DNA of 64,000 bases from Pseudomonadota bacterium. Lineage in GTDB: Bacteria; Pseudomonadota; Gammaproteobacteria; Steroidobacterales; Steroidobacteraceae. Where the stretch lies: NCBI GenBank assembly GCA_037200975.1, contig JBBCGI010000001.1, positions 3,429,716 to 3,493,715 of the forward strand, given 5' to 3'. Shown one piece after another: positions 41,337 through 51,958 of this stretch. A model generated the notes under the pieces. The model ran no database searches and had not been told where the DNA came from. It was given only the letters and a program-made list of their open reading frames with translations. How positions within the stretch are numbered: position 1 is the first letter of the stretch; each line of letters begins with the position of its first letter. A program made the position numbers and the translations under genes.

Positions 41337-42539
41337 ATGACCATCCCCGTACTCAAACTCAAACGCGGTGAAGACCGTCGCCTGCGCGCCGGACATCTCT
41401 GGATTTTCAGCAACGAAGTCGACACCGCCGCCACGCCGCTCACGCAGTTCGAGCCGGGCGCCGCCGTGCAGGTGTTGTCCGACAAGGATCAGTTTCTCGG
41501 CCATGCCTATGTGAATCCGCGCACGCTGATCGCGGCGCGTATCGTCGGGCGCGACCCGGCCTATCCACTCGACGCGTCGTTGCTGGTGCACCGCCTGCGC
41601 GTCGCGCTGGCGTTGCGCGAGAAACTCTACCGCGAGCCGTACTACCGGCTGGTGTATGGCGAGTCCGATGGGTTGCCGGGCCTGGTGCTCGATCGCTTCG
41701 GCGACGTCATCGTCGCGCAGAGCGGCACCGCCGGCATCGACCGGCTGCGCGCCGAGGTCGAAGCGGCGGTCGACAAAGTAATCCACGCGAAAACGTTCGT
41801 GTGGAAAAACGATTCCGGCGCACGCGAGCTGGAAGGTCTGGACAAACACGCCGGCATCTACGCCGATGGCGAATGGACCGCCTGTCCGGCCGAGGTATCT
41901 CTCCGCGAGCAGGGCGTCGATTTCGTGGCGCCACTCGCCGACGGCCAGAAGACGGGTTGGTTCTACGATCAGGCCGCCAATCGCGAGCGCCTGCGCCGGT
42001 ATCTGCCGGCCGGCGCGCGCGTGCTCGATGTATGCAGCTACGTGGGCGCCTGGGCCATCACCGCGCTCAAGGGCGGTGCCGGTAGCGCCACCTGTGTGGA
42101 TTCTTCTCAGACCGCGCTCGACTACGTCGCGCGTAATGCCGCGGCCAACGGTGTGATGGTCGAGACGATCAAGGACGATGCCTTCGATGCGTTGAAGGCC
42201 TTGCAGGAAAGCGGCGCCCGGTTCGACGTGGTGATCCTCGATCCGCCGGCTTTCGCCAAGCGCAAGAAGGACGCGCCGCAGGCGCACGCGGCCTATCGCA
42301 AGCTCAACCAGCTGGCATTGCCGCTCATCGAGCGCGACGGATTGCTCGTGTCCTGCTCCTGTTCGTATCACATGGGCGCGGATGAGCTTCTAACGGCCAT
42401 TCAGGGCGCGGCGCGCCACAGCAGCCGCTTCGTCCAGGTCCTGGAGCTGGGTGGGCAATCGCCCGACCATCCCGTGCATCCCGCGATTCCCGAGACTCGA
42501 TACCTCAAGTCATTTTTCTGCCGGGTCACGCGGGACTGA
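41337..42539 (+). CDS. rlmI: 23S rRNA (cytosine1962-C5)-methyltransferase
   Basis: PUA-like N-terminus (LKRGEDRRLRAGHLWIF) and SAM-MTase motif VLDVCSYVGAW. 400 aa. Confidence 0.85.
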   Translation: MTIPVLKLKRGEDRRLRAGHLWIFSNEVDTAATPLTQFEPGAAVQVLSDKDQFLGHAYVNPRTLIAARIVGRDPAYPLDASLLVHRLRVALALREKLYREPYYRLVYGESDGLPGLVLDRFGDVIVAQSGTAGIDRLRAEVEAAVDKVIHAKTFVWKNDSGARELEGLDKHAGIYADGEWTACPAEVSLREQGVDFVAPLADGQKTGWFYDQAANRERLRRYLPAGARVLDVCSYVGAWAITALKGGAGSATCVDSSQTALDYVARNAAANGVMVETIKDDAFDALKALQESGARFDVVILDPPAFAKRKKDAPQAHAAYRKLNQLALPLIERDGLLVSCSCSYHMGADELLTAIQGAARHSSRFVQVLELGGQSPDHPVHPAIPETRYLKSFFCRVTRD

Positions 42540-42558
42540 AGGCTAAAATAAGCGCCTC

Positions 42559-43383
42559 ATGATTCCGTACCCCGGCTTCGACAAAATTGCTTTCGAGATT
42601 GGCCCGTTCGGCAGTTTCGGTCCGCTCAAGGTGCACTGGTACGGAATCATGTACCTGGTTGCGTTCGCCGCGGCCTGGTCGCTCGGGCGCCTGCGCGCGA
42701 GCCGTCCCGGTTCCACCTGGAAGCCGGTCGACATCGACGATTTCATGTTCTTCGGCATGCTCGGCACCATTCTCGGCGGCCGGCTCGGCTATGTGCTGTT
42801 CTACGGCCTGTCGTTCTGGGCGAAGGACCCGTGGTATCCGATCAAGGTGTGGGACGGCGGCATGTCATTCCACGGCGGGTTGTTAGGCGTGATGATCGCC
42901 TTCGCCATCTTTGCGGTGCGCCGCGGGCGCCGCATCGCCGACGTGTTCGATTTCGCCGCGGCACTGCCTGGCATCGGCATCTGCGCGGTGCGTATCGGCA
43001 ATTTCATCAACGGCGAGTTGTGGGGCAAACCCACGGACGTCTCCTGGGCCTTCGTGGTGGACGGCGTGCCGCGCCACGCGACGCAGCTCTACGAAGCCGC
43101 GCTCGAAGGCGTGCTGCTGTTCGTGATCCTCTGGTGGTACACGTCGAAGCCGCGGCCGCGCATGGCGCCGGCCGGACTGTTCCTCACGCTGTATTCGCTG
43201 GCGCGCATCACGGTCGAGTTCTGGCGGTTGCCCGATGAGCACCTCAGCTATCTAGCCGGCGGCTGGGTCACCATGGGCATGTTGCTGAGCCTGCCGATGC
43301 TGCTGATCGGCCTCACGTTGTTGTTCATGGGGTATCGGCGGCGTGAGCCGTCGGGCAATTTCTCCGCCACGGTGGCGGCCTGA
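42559..43383 (+). CDS. lgt: Prolipoprotein diacylglyceryl transferase
   Basis: Lgt signature GRLGYVLFY...HGGLLG...RIGNFINGELWG. Confidence 0.95.
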   Translation: MIPYPGFDKIAFEIGPFGSFGPLKVHWYGIMYLVAFAAAWSLGRLRASRPGSTWKPVDIDDFMFFGMLGTILGGRLGYVLFYGLSFWAKDPWYPIKVWDGGMSFHGGLLGVMIAFAIFAVRRGRRIADVFDFAAALPGIGICAVRIGNFINGELWGKPTDVSWAFVVDGVPRHATQLYEAALEGVLLFVILWWYTSKPRPRMAPAGLFLTLYSLARITVEFWRLPDEHLSYLAGGWVTMGMLLSLPMLLIGLTLLFMGYRRREPSGNFSATVAA

Positions 43384-43415
43384 GCGCATGAAGACCCAGG
43401 CATGAACCCCGAGAA

Positions 43416-44210
43416 ATGAAGCAATACCTCGACTTCATGCGCCACGTGCGCCGCAACGGCGCGCAGAAGGCCGACCGTACCGGCACGGGCACCTTGTCGG
43501 TGTTCGGGCACCAGATGCGCTTCGACCTGGCCGCGGGTTTTCCGCTGGTCACCACGAAGCGCGTGCACTTCAAGTCCATCGCCTATGAGCTGCTGTGGTT
43601 CCTGCGCGGCGAGACCAACACGAAGTTCCTGCGCGAACACGGCGTGTCGATCTGGGACGAATGGGCCGACGCCAATGGCGAGCTCGGCCCCGTGTATGGC
43701 AAACAATGGCGTTCGTGGCCCACGCGCGATGGCCGCGAGATCGACCAGATGTCGCAGGTGGTGCAGCAGCTGCGCACGAATCCGGATTCACGCCGCCTCA
43801 TCGTGAGTGCCTGGAACGTGGGCGAACTCGACCAGATGAAGCTCATGCCCTGCCACGCGTTTTTCCAGTTCTACGTGTCGGACAAACGCCTGAGTTGCCA
43901 GCTCTACCAACGCAGCGCCGATATTTTTCTCGGCGTGCCGTTCAATATCGCCTCGTATGCGTTGCTCGTGCACATGCTGGCGCAGCAGTGCGACCTCGAG
44001 GTGGGCGAGTTCGTCTGGACCGGCGGCGATTGCCATCTGTATCTCAACCATCTCGACCAGGTGGACGAACAACTCGCGCGTGTGCCGCTCGCGCTGCCCA
44101 AACTGGTGCTGACGCGCCGGCCGCCGACGCTGTTCGACTACACCTTCGAAGATTTCCAGATCGTGAACTACCAACACCACCCAGCGATCAAGGCGCCCGT
44201 TGCCATATGA
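43416..44210 (+). CDS. thyA: Thymidylate synthase
   Basis: [31 protein letters not shown] and active-site [10 protein letters not shown]. 264 aa. Confidence 0.97.
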   Translation: MKQYLDFMRHVRRNGAQKADRTGTGTLSVFGHQMRFDLAAGFPLVTTKRVHFKSIAYELLWFLRGETNTKFLREHGVSIWDEWADANGELGPVYGKQWRSWPTRDGREIDQMSQVVQQLRTNPDSRRLIVSAWNVGELDQMKLMPCHAFFQFYVSDKRLSCQLYQRSADIFLGVPFNIASYALLVHMLAQQCDLEVGEFVWTGGDCHLYLNHLDQVDEQLARVPLALPKLVLTRRPPTLFDYTFEDFQIVNYQHHPAIKAPVAI

Positions 44211-44818
44211 CGAAGAAGAAGACCCGACGTAAACCTTTCGACCAGAGCCAGCCCAAGCGCGGCGGACCGCCGATCGTGAGTTCGCCACTGATAGAGGTGC
44301 GCAATTCCGACGTGCACGGCCGCGGCGTATTCGCCGTCGCGCCCATCAAGAAAGGCACGCGCATCCTCGAATACCTGGGCGACCGCGTCTCGCATGACGC
44401 CGCCGACAAGCGTTACGAAGACCACGACGAGAACGACAACCACACGTTCCTGTTCATCGTGGACAGGAACACGGTGATCGACGCGGCCGTGGGCGGCAAC
44501 GACGCGCGCTTCATCAATCATCAATGCTCGGGCAACTGCGAATCCGCCATCGAGAATCGCCGCGTGTTCATCGATGCCATCCGCGACATCAAGCCAGGCG
44601 ATGAGCTTGGTTACGACTACGAGATCGGCCGCGACAAGGACGATCCGCCCAACGTGGATGAGATCTACGCCTGCCGCTGCGGAACGCCCAAGTGCCGCGG
44701 TTCGATGCTCGAGCCCGCGAAGAAGGAGCCCGTGAAGCGGCGCAAGAAGACGAAGGCTCGCAAGAGCCGCCGTCCGGCGGCGAAACGTCGCGGCGAACGG
44801 TCACGCCGGCGCGCCTGA
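44207..44818 (+). CDS. SET-domain protein (putative protein-lysine methyltransferase) with a K/R-rich tail
   Basis: SET motifs [17 protein letters not shown] (NHSC-type) and post-[13 protein letters not shown], with tail [30 protein letters not shown] overlaps the thyA stop (ATGA). Confidence 0.8.
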   Translation: MTKKKTRRKPFDQSQPKRGGPPIVSSPLIEVRNSDVHGRGVFAVAPIKKGTRILEYLGDRVSHDAADKRYEDHDENDNHTFLFIVDRNTVIDAAVGGNDARFINHQCSGNCESAIENRRVFIDAIRDIKPGDELGYDYEIGRDKDDPPNVDEIYACRCGTPKCRGSMLEPAKKEPVKRRKKTKARKSRRPAAKRRGERSRRRA

Positions 44819-45405
44819 TCGACCAGCTCGCGGCGCGCAGCTTCGCCGTCGTTGACGATTTCGTCGACCCCGGCCTGCTCGCGGATCTGCGCGCGCGCTG
44901 CATCGAGCTGCGTGAAGCAGGCGCGCTGCGTCCGGCGCGTATCGGCGGCGGCGCGCAACAGAAACTCGTGCCCGAAGTGCGCGGCGATTTCATCGCGTGG
45001 CTGTCGCAGCCGGAGCGCGATGCCGAGCAGCTGTTGCTGGGCAAGCTCGAGGAGCTGCGCGCGGCGCTCAACCGTGGGCTCATGACCGGTCTCGAGGACT
45101 TCCAGGGACACTTTGCGATGTACCCGGCCGGCGCCGTCTACGCGCGTCACTTCGACCGGCTCGTCGGCAACGACATGCGCGCGATTTCGGCCGCGCTCTA
45201 CCTCAACGACCGCTGGCAGCCGGAGGACGGGGGGCAACTGCGCCTGTATACCGGCGGCGGAGAGAGCGAGGACGTGTTGCCGCAGGGCGGGCGCCTCGTG
45301 CTGTTCCAGTCCGACCGCTTCGAACACGAGGTGTTGCCGGCGCGGCGCGAGCGCCTGAGTTTCACTGGCTGGTTCCGTCGCCGGCCGATCGAGGGTTTCG
45401 TGTGA
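44692..45405 (+). CDS. 2OG-Fe(II) oxygenase superfamily protein (prolyl-4-hydroxylase-like); start uncertain
   Basis: HFD...H facial triad (ARHFDRL ... FEHEV) and RxS-type 2OG-binding (RERLSF). The only in-frame ATG is 127 bp inside the SET gene, so the true start may be non-canonical near 44800. The stop overlaps the folA GTG. Confidence 0.65.
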   Translation: MPRFDARAREEGAREAAQEDEGSQEPPSGGETSRRTVTPARLIDQLAARSFAVVDDFVDPGLLADLRARCIELREAGALRPARIGGGAQQKLVPEVRGDFIAWLSQPERDAEQLLLGKLEELRAALNRGLMTGLEDFQGHFAMYPAGAVYARHFDRLVGNDMRAISAALYLNDRWQPEDGGQLRLYTGGGESEDVLPQGGRLVLFQSDRFEHEVLPARRERLSFTGWFRRRPIEGFV

Positions 45406-45896
45406 GCACGCCCCTCATCACGTTGATAGTCGCGGTCGCGGATTCGGGCGTGATCGGCCGCAACAACACGCTGCCCTGGCATCTGCCCGAGGATCTCAAG
45501 CGTTTCAAACGCCTGACCCTGGGCAAACCCATCGTGATGGGCCGCAAGACATTCGAGTCGATCGGCAAGCCGTTGCCGGGCCGGCGGAACATCGTGCTCA
45601 CCCGCGAGCCTAACTATCGGCGCGAGGGCGTCACCGTAGTGCACGACGCGGACGCGGCGCTGCGCGCGGCAGGTGAGGCGGGCGAGGTCATGATCATCGG
45701 CGGGTCGGACCTGTTCCGGTTGTTCATGCCGCGAGCCGACCGCATCCATCTCACGCGTGTGCACGCCGACATCGAAGGCGACGTGAGGTGGCCGGCGCTC
45801 GACGAACGCGAGTGGTCGGTGACCGGGCGCGAAACGCACGCGGCCGATGATCGTCACGCCCATGCAATGTCCTTCGAGGTGTGGGAAAAGCGCTAG
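45402..45896 (+). CDS. folA: Dihydrofolate reductase
   Basis: ITLIVAVADSGVIGRNNTLPWHLPEDLKRFKRLTLGKPIVMGRKTFESIG is the canonical DHFR. GTG start. Confidence 0.9.
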   Translation: MSTPLITLIVAVADSGVIGRNNTLPWHLPEDLKRFKRLTLGKPIVMGRKTFESIGKPLPGRRNIVLTREPNYRREGVTVVHDADAALRAAGEAGEVMIIGGSDLFRLFMPRADRIHLTRVHADIEGDVRWPALDEREWSVTGRETHAADDRHAHAMSFEVWEKR

Positions 45897-45951
45897 TCGA
45901 TCGCAAAAAAGGCTGTATGCGGGCATCCCGGCACGCTAAGCTCGCGGCCCT

Positions 45952-46644
45952 ATGAAAAAACTCACCGCCCTCGCGGCACTGCTTTGCACCCTGTCCCTCA
46001 CCGCCTGCAGCGCGGACGCCGCCAAGGCACCGGCCGTGCCGGTGCCCACCACCGAGGAACAGAAAACCCTGTACTCGCTTGGGTTGCTCATCAGCCAGTC
46101 GCTGTCGAGCTTCGAGCTCAAGCCTGAAGAACTCGCGCTGGTGCAGAAGGGCATCAACGACGGCGTCACGGGCGTGAAGACGGAGATCAAGGCGGAAGAA
46201 TACGGCCCGAAGGTGCAGGCGCTGCAGCAGGCGCGCCTCGCCGTCGCCGGTGAGAAGGCTGCCGCTGCCGGCGTCGCCTTCCTCGACAAGGCTTCGAAGG
46301 AAGCCGGCGTCACCAAGACCGCGAGCGGCATCGTCATCAAACACACGAAGGTCGGCACGGGCGCGTCCCCGGCCGCGACGGACCAGGTGAAGGTGCACTA
46401 CGCCGGCCGCCTCATCGACGGCAAGGAATTCGATAGTTCGATCGCGCGCGGCGAGCCGGCCACGTTCCCGCTCAACGGCGTGATCCCGTGCTGGACCGAA
46501 GGCGTGCAGACCATGAAGGTCGGTGGCAAGGCGCAGTTCATCTGCCCGGCCAGCCTGGCCTACGGCGAGCGCGGTTCGCCGCCGACCATTCCGCCGCAGT
46601 CGACGCTGGTGTTCGACGTCGAGCTGCTGGACATCGTCAAGTAA
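45952..46644 (+). CDS. fkpA: FKBP-type peptidyl-prolyl cis-trans isomerase (FkpA-like lipoprotein)
   Basis: Lipobox LTAC, a dimerisation helix, and FKBP domain GKEFDSS...VIPCWTEG. Confidence 0.9.
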   Translation: MKKLTALAALLCTLSLTACSADAAKAPAVPVPTTEEQKTLYSLGLLISQSLSSFELKPEELALVQKGINDGVTGVKTEIKAEEYGPKVQALQQARLAVAGEKAAAAGVAFLDKASKEAGVTKTASGIVIKHTKVGTGASPAATDQVKVHYAGRLIDGKEFDSSIARGEPATFPLNGVIPCWTEGVQTMKVGGKAQFICPASLAYGERGSPPTIPPQSTLVFDVELLDIVK

Positions 46645-46667
46645 ACCGGCCCGACGAAGTTCTTTGA

Positions 46668-46712
46668 AAACGGGGCGCGGCGACGAAAGTTGCCGCGCCC
46701 TTTTTCATGCCC
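46668..46712 (+). terminator. Rho-independent terminator after fkpA
   Basis: GGGGCGCGGC-gacgaaagtt-GCCGCGCCCC followed by TTTTTCAT. Confidence 0.7.
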
Positions 46713-46840
46713 GGTGAACAACCCGGCAACGTGAACGCACGCGCAATTCAGGCCTCCGCCCGGCATCCGGGCGCCAGATTGGGCCTCAAACTGTGATCCG
46801 CTAGGGGAAAGCCTGAGAAGCCCCCCGTAGACTGCCGGGC

Positions 46841-49402
46841 ATGTTCGACCCGCTGCGCACAATAAAAGGAGTGGCATTGCTGCTGGCCGCGCTCTGCGCT
46901 CCTCTGGCGCAGGCCGCGACCTTTTCCGGCACGGTCTTCGAAGATGCGAATTACGGCGGCGGCGCGGGCCGCACCCGCACCGCGTCCGGCGGCACGGTGC
47001 TGCAGAACGTCGTCGTGGAGCTCTATCGAGTCAGCGACGGCGCCTTCATCGCCTCCACGACCACCAATGCCAGCGGCGTCTACTCGCTGACTTCCGGCAA
47101 TACGGCCGTCGCGATGCGTGTCCGCGTGGTGAATGGCTCGGTGCGTTCGGCGCGCACCGGCGGCACCGCGTGCACGACCTGTGTTCCGGTGCAGACGTTT
47201 CGCACCGACGCCACCGGCGGCACGGCGGTCGACGTGACCAATCGCGTCGGCGGAGAATCGCCCGGCGTCAGCGATGCGGTGGTGAATCCCGGCTCATCGA
47301 ACTACTCGACGCTGACCGCCGGCACGCGGGTGCCGCAGTCCATCACCACGGCGACACCGGCGGCTGCGGGTACCACCGTCAGTGGCCTCGATTTCGGTTT
47401 CAACTTCGACACCGTCGTGAACATGCGCGACGCCGCCACCTGTACCCCGGCCAATTCCAGCTACCCCTGCCAGGGTTCGCTGCGGCAATTCGTCATCAAC
47501 GCGAACGCGCTGGGTGGCGAGGGCGCGCTGGCGCAGTCGGGCAGCGGCCAGATCGATGGTTCGACGTCGTTTCTGCCGGGCGGTTCGGAGTCGAGCATCT
47601 TCATGATTCCGAGCGGCGCGCTGACCGGCGGCGTCGCCGTCATCACGTTGGCGGCCGCGCTGCCCGCGATCTCGGGCGGCGGCACACGCCTCGATGGAAC
47701 CACGCAGACCGTGAATATCGGCAACACCAACGCGGGCTCGCTCGGCAGCGGCGGAAGCGTGGGCGTGGATGCGGTCTCACTACCCACGTTTCCACGCCCG
47801 GAAGTGCAGCTCGCGGCGGGCAACAACGTCCTGGTCCTGAGCGGCAACAACACCGCGGTGCTCGGGCTGGCGTTGCGCCAGGGCTATCTACAGCTCGCCG
47901 GCAGCGGCTGCCTGGTGCGCAACATGCTGGTCGGAATGACCGCCTCGGGTGACAGCAGCGACAACAGCGGCACCACCTACGGCATCGAATTCGCGGGTTC
48001 GAATGCCACCGTGCGCAACAACTTCGTGACAGTTAACAACTCCGGCATCCGCACGCAGGGCGGCGGCACCGGCTCGCTGGTCACCTTGAACGAAGTGGCG
48101 CGCCCGACTTCCGGCCACACCGATACCTTCGACGGCATCCTGCTGGTGGGCACTGTGTTGTCCATCCAGGTCACCGCGAATCTCACGCGCGACCAGCGCG
48201 GCGGCGGCATCGAGCTGGGTTTCGGCGGCGGCGCCTCGGCAAGCAGCATCACCATCACGAACAACACCGTGCGCGGCAACGGTTTCGCCAGCGTCGGGGG
48301 CGGCGCCGCATCGGCCGAACCCATCGGCATGGCGGCCTACGACTACAGCGGCTCGGCCGTGACCTTCAGCCGCAATCTCATACGCGACAACGCCGGCGCC
48401 GGCGTGCTGGTCATGAACGCCAGCGGCACGACGATTTCGCAGAACAGCTTCGACAGCAACGGCGGGCTCTCGATCGATCTCGATCCGCGCTCCCTCGATC
48501 CGAACAGCCTGGGCAGTCCGCAGGGAGTGACGATCAACGACAACGGCGACGCGGATGCCGGCCCCAACGGCCTGCGCAACTACCCGGTGGTGGCCGCGGC
48601 CGCGCTGATCGGCACCGAACTATCGTTCAACGGGTTTGCCCGGCCGGGCAGCGCCATCGAGTTGTATGTCGCGCAGGCCGATCCGAGCGGCTTCGGCGAG
48701 GGACTCACGTATCTCGGCACGTTCACCGAAGGTTCCGGCGCGGATCTCGATGCGACGACGGGTACCTACGGCCCGGGCAACGTCAACGGACTCGCGCAGG
48801 GCACCGACACGACCAATCGCTTCGCGTTTCGCATCGCGGCGCCGGGCCCGGTTGCGATCGGCACGCGTCTCAGCGCCACGGCGACGCTCGGTGGAGAGAC
48901 TTCCGAGTTCGGCGGCAACGTCATGGCGAGCGCAGGTCCCACGCTCGTCGTGACGAAGACCGCGCAGACCTTTTCCGATCCGGTGAACAACACCACCAAT
49001 CCGAAGAGCATTCCCGGAGCGGCCAAGCTCTACGCCGTGCGTGTCACCAACCAGGGCAGCGGCGTGGTCGACAGCAACGCGCTGGCGATCGTCGACCCGC
49101 TGCCGGCGAACACGCGCCTGTACGTTGCGGATCTCGGCACGCCCGGTTCGGGCCCGGTGGCGTTCGTGCAGGGCACGCCGAGCAGCGCGCTGACCTGGAC
49201 CTACACCGCGCTCAACAGCGTCACTGACGACGTGGATTTCTCCAACAATGGCGGCGCGACGTGGACCTACGTGCCGGTGCCGGGTGGCGACGGTACCGAC
49301 GCCGCGGTCAACGCGGTGCGCCTGCGGCCGAAGGGCACGATGGCCGGCAACGGCGGCGGCAACACGTGGTTTGAATTGCAGTTCCGGGTGCTGATCAACT
49401 GA
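46841..49402 (+). CDS. Large secreted surface protein with SdrD-B-like, parallel beta-helix and DUF11 domains
   Basis: Signal peptide, N-terminal TVFEDANYGGG...VVVELY (Cna-B/SdrD-B-like), repeated NxTVRxN beta-helix rungs, and a C-terminal VVTKTA...PGAAKLYAVRVTNQG DUF11 repeat. 853 aa. Confidence 0.7.
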   Translation: MFDPLRTIKGVALLLAALCAPLAQAATFSGTVFEDANYGGGAGRTRTASGGTVLQNVVVELYRVSDGAFIASTTTNASGVYSLTSGNTAVAMRVRVVNGSVRSARTGGTACTTCVPVQTFRTDATGGTAVDVTNRVGGESPGVSDAVVNPGSSNYSTLTAGTRVPQSITTATPAAAGTTVSGLDFGFNFDTVVNMRDAATCTPANSSYPCQGSLRQFVINANALGGEGALAQSGSGQIDGSTSFLPGGSESSIFMIPSGALTGGVAVITLAAALPAISGGGTRLDGTTQTVNIGNTNAGSLGSGGSVGVDAVSLPTFPRPEVQLAAGNNVLVLSGNNTAVLGLALRQGYLQLAGSGCLVRNMLVGMTASGDSSDNSGTTYGIEFAGSNATVRNNFVTVNNSGIRTQGGGTGSLVTLNEVARPTSGHTDTFDGILLVGTVLSIQVTANLTRDQRGGGIELGFGGGASASSITITNNTVRGNGFASVGGGAASAEPIGMAAYDYSGSAVTFSRNLIRDNAGAGVLVMNASGTTISQNSFDSNGGLSIDLDPRSLDPNSLGSPQGVTINDNGDADAGPNGLRNYPVVAAAALIGTELSFNGFARPGSAIELYVAQADPSGFGEGLTYLGTFTEGSGADLDATTGTYGPGNVNGLAQGTDTTNRFAFRIAAPGPVAIGTRLSATATLGGETSEFGGNVMASAGPTLVVTKTAQTFSDPVNNTTNPKSIPGAAKLYAVRVTNQGSGVVDSNALAIVDPLPANTRLYVADLGTPGSGPVAFVQGTPSSALTWTYTALNSVTDDVDFSNNGGATWTYVPVPGGDGTDAAVNAVRLRPKGTMAGNGGGNTWFELQFRVLIN

Positions 49403-50642
49403 CGGCGCGGATATCCCGGAACGGGATCTCCGGATGAAACATCACCTTCGAGTAGCGCGGAATGTAGTTCGGATCCTTCCGTTCCCGCTCTTCCTCTTCA
49501 TGCTTCTTCCGGCGGTATTCCTCGCTCAATACCGCCTCGCGCATCTCGACATAGTTCTCCAGCGCCATCTGCGCGATCGCATCGGTGTTGGGCTTGCGCT
49601 CGACTTCGAACGCTTCGAACAACCCGGGCCAGGTGTCATGCCGGTCCATCAGGCGGATCAGTTCGGCGCAATCTTCGAAAGCGCAGTTCATGCCCTGGCC
49701 GTGAAACGGCACGATGGCGTGCGCCGCATCGCCTAACAACAACAGGTCGCCGTCGAGGTGCCAGCCCTGCGTATAGACGGTGCCGAGCGAGCCCTGCGGA
49801 TGTTCGAAGAACTCGCGCGCCAGGTCGGGCATCAATACTCGCGCGCTCGGGAACTCGCGGCTGAAAAATCCCTCGACCGCGCCTGCCGAATTCAATTCGT
49901 CGAAGCTGTTCTGCCCGTGCTGGGCGAGGAACAGCGTGGCGGTGAACGTGCCATCGAGATTCGGCAGCGCGATCAGCATGAATCCGCCGCGCGGCCAGAT
50001 GTGCAGCGCGTTCGGGTCCATCACGTGTTTGCCGTCGCGCGCGGGGATCGTCAGTTCCTTGTAGCCGTGATCGAGCGGTGCTTCGTGCACGGTCGCGACC
50101 TGCCGCTCCAGCAGGCTGTCGCGGACCTCCGAGCCCGCGCCGTCGGCGGCGATGCTGGGTTGCGGCGCCGTGTGATAGATGCGCCCGGTGGCTTCGTCGC
50201 GCATTTCCAGCACGGTCTTTTCGTGCGCGAGCCCAAGGCAGAGCTGGCCGAAATTCAGCGTCACGTTCGGCAGTGCCGCGGCGGCTTCGATGAGCACACG
50301 GTTCAGTCCGGCGCGCGAGACCGAGTGGATCACTTCGTCCGGCCGCACGCCATACACCTGCAGCGCGGCATTGCCGTCGTATTCGTGCACCATGCGGCCG
50401 CGCATCACCGTGGCCAGCGGCATCACGCGATCGAGCACCCCGGCAAGCGTGAGGCCGCGGATGCCGCGCGCCGCCAGGGCGAGGTTGATCGAGCGGCCGC
50501 CATCGGTTTCCGCCAGCCGGGGATCGGAACGGCGTTCGTACACGGTGACATTGAAGCCGCGCTTCGCCAGCAGGATGGCCAGCAAACTACCCGCCAGTCC
50601 GGCGCCGATGACGTTGACGCCGGGTACCGACTTGAGGCTCAA
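49395..50642 (-). CDS. kmo: Kynurenine 3-monooxygenase
   Basis: VNVIGAGLAGSLLAILLAKRGFNVTVYERR FAD motif and a KMO-type C-terminus. Convergent 8-bp overlap with the preceding gene. Confidence 0.85.
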   Translation of the reverse strand: MSLKSVPGVNVIGAGLAGSLLAILLAKRGFNVTVYERRSDPRLAETDGGRSINLALAARGIRGLTLAGVLDRVMPLATVMRGRMVHEYDGNAALQVYGVRPDEVIHSVSRAGLNRVLIEAAAALPNVTLNFGQLCLGLAHEKTVLEMRDEATGRIYHTAPQPSIAADGAGSEVRDSLLERQVATVHEAPLDHGYKELTIPARDGKHVMDPNALHIWPRGGFMLIALPNLDGTFTATLFLAQHGQNSFDELNSAGAVEGFFSREFPSARVLMPDLAREFFEHPQGSLGTVYTQGWHLDGDLLLLGDAAHAIVPFHGQGMNCAFEDCAELIRLMDRHDTWPGLFEAFEVERKPNTDAIAQMALENYVEMREAVLSEEYRRKKHEEEERERKDPNYIPRYSKVMFHPEIPFRDIRAVS

Positions 50643-51958
50643 GCAATCTCCTTGAGCGCGGCGGCGAGGGTGTCGACCAGCTCGAAGATGTCGATGAAGC
50701 GGTTGTACAGCGGCGCCGGCGCGATGCGGATGATGTCCGGCTCGCGCCAGTCGCAGACGATGCCCCGGTCCGCCAATGCGTCGAAGATGCGCCGGCCGCG
50801 CCGCGGGCCACCCACGATACGCAGCGACAACATGTTGCCGCGTTCATCGGGCGATTCGGGCGTGAGGATCAACACGTCACGCGCCAGCTCGCGGATGAGC
50901 CGGTCCGCATAGGCGGTGAGGCGCATGGATTTGGCGCGCAATTCGTCCATGCCTGCGGAGCGGAACATCTCGAGCGAAGCAAGCAACGGCGCGGCCGAGA
51001 AGATAGGCGGATTGCTGACCGCCCAGCCGGCGGCGCCCGGAGCGGCGCGGAACTCGGGCGCCATCTGGAAGCGGGTCTGCGGTTCGTGGCCCCACCAGCC
51101 CGACAGCCGTGACGGCGAGTGGCCGAAGTGCCGCTCGTGGATGAACGCGCCGCCGATCGCGCCGGGGCCGGCGTTCAGGTACTTGTAGGAACACCACACC
51201 GCGAAATCGACGTCCCAGTCGTGCAGCCGCAGCGGCAGGTTGCCGATGGCGTGCGCCAGATCGAACCCGGCGATGGCGCCCTGGTCATGCGCGGCGCGTG
51301 CGATCCGCGCGCAGTCGAATGCCTGGCCGGTGCGGTATTGCACCCCGGGCCACAACACCAGCGCCAGTTCGCTGCCCAGCTCTTCGATCTTCGCCTCGAT
51401 GTCCTCGACGCGCAGCGTCTCTTCGCCCGGGCGTGGCGCGAGTTCGATCAGTGCTTCGGCTTCATCGAGTTTGTGCCAGGACAGTTGCCCGAGGATCGCG
51501 TGCCGGTCGGACGAAAACGCGCCGGCTTCGATCAGCACCTTGTCGCGCATGCCGACCGGGCGATAAAACGACGCCATCATCAGGTGCAGGTTGATCGTCA
51601 GCGAGTTCATCGCGACGACTTCGCTGGCGAGGCCGCCGGTCACGTGCATCAGGCCGCGGGAGAAATTTTGCGCGTAGTCGATCCACGGCCGCGTCGCGGT
51701 GTGATGACCGCCGACGCCGAGCGCCGCCCAGTCGGCGAGCTCCTCGCTGACGTAGTCGAGCGCGGCGCGCGGCGCGAGCCCGAGCGAGTGGCCGCATAGA
51801 TAGATGAGGGGGAGGCCGCTCGTGTTCACCGGCAGCTCGAACTGCCGGCGGTACGGCGCCAGGATGTCCGCGGCATCGCAATCCTGCGCGAAGTCCCGCG
51901 AGGCCGAGAATTGCGGCAGCAATTCGTCGCTCGTGACGGAGCTTGGCGAGGCATTCAT
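50639..51958 (-). CDS. kynU: Kynureninase
   Basis: PLP fold V with the KYLNAGPG lysine motif. 439 aa. Confidence 0.9.
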   Translation of the reverse strand: MNASPSSVTSDELLPQFSASRDFAQDCDAADILAPYRRQFELPVNTSGLPLIYLCGHSLGLAPRAALDYVSEELADWAALGVGGHHTATRPWIDYAQNFSRGLMHVTGGLASEVVAMNSLTINLHLMMASFYRPVGMRDKVLIEAGAFSSDRHAILGQLSWHKLDEAEALIELAPRPGEETLRVEDIEAKIEELGSELALVLWPGVQYRTGQAFDCARIARAAHDQGAIAGFDLAHAIGNLPLRLHDWDVDFAVWCSYKYLNAGPGAIGGAFIHERHFGHSPSRLSGWWGHEPQTRFQMAPEFRAAPGAAGWAVSNPPIFSAAPLLASLEMFRSAGMDELRAKSMRLTAYADRLIRELARDVLILTPESPDERGNMLSLRIVGGPRRGRRIFDALADRGIVCDWREPDIIRIAPAPLYNRFIDIFELVDTLAAALKEIA

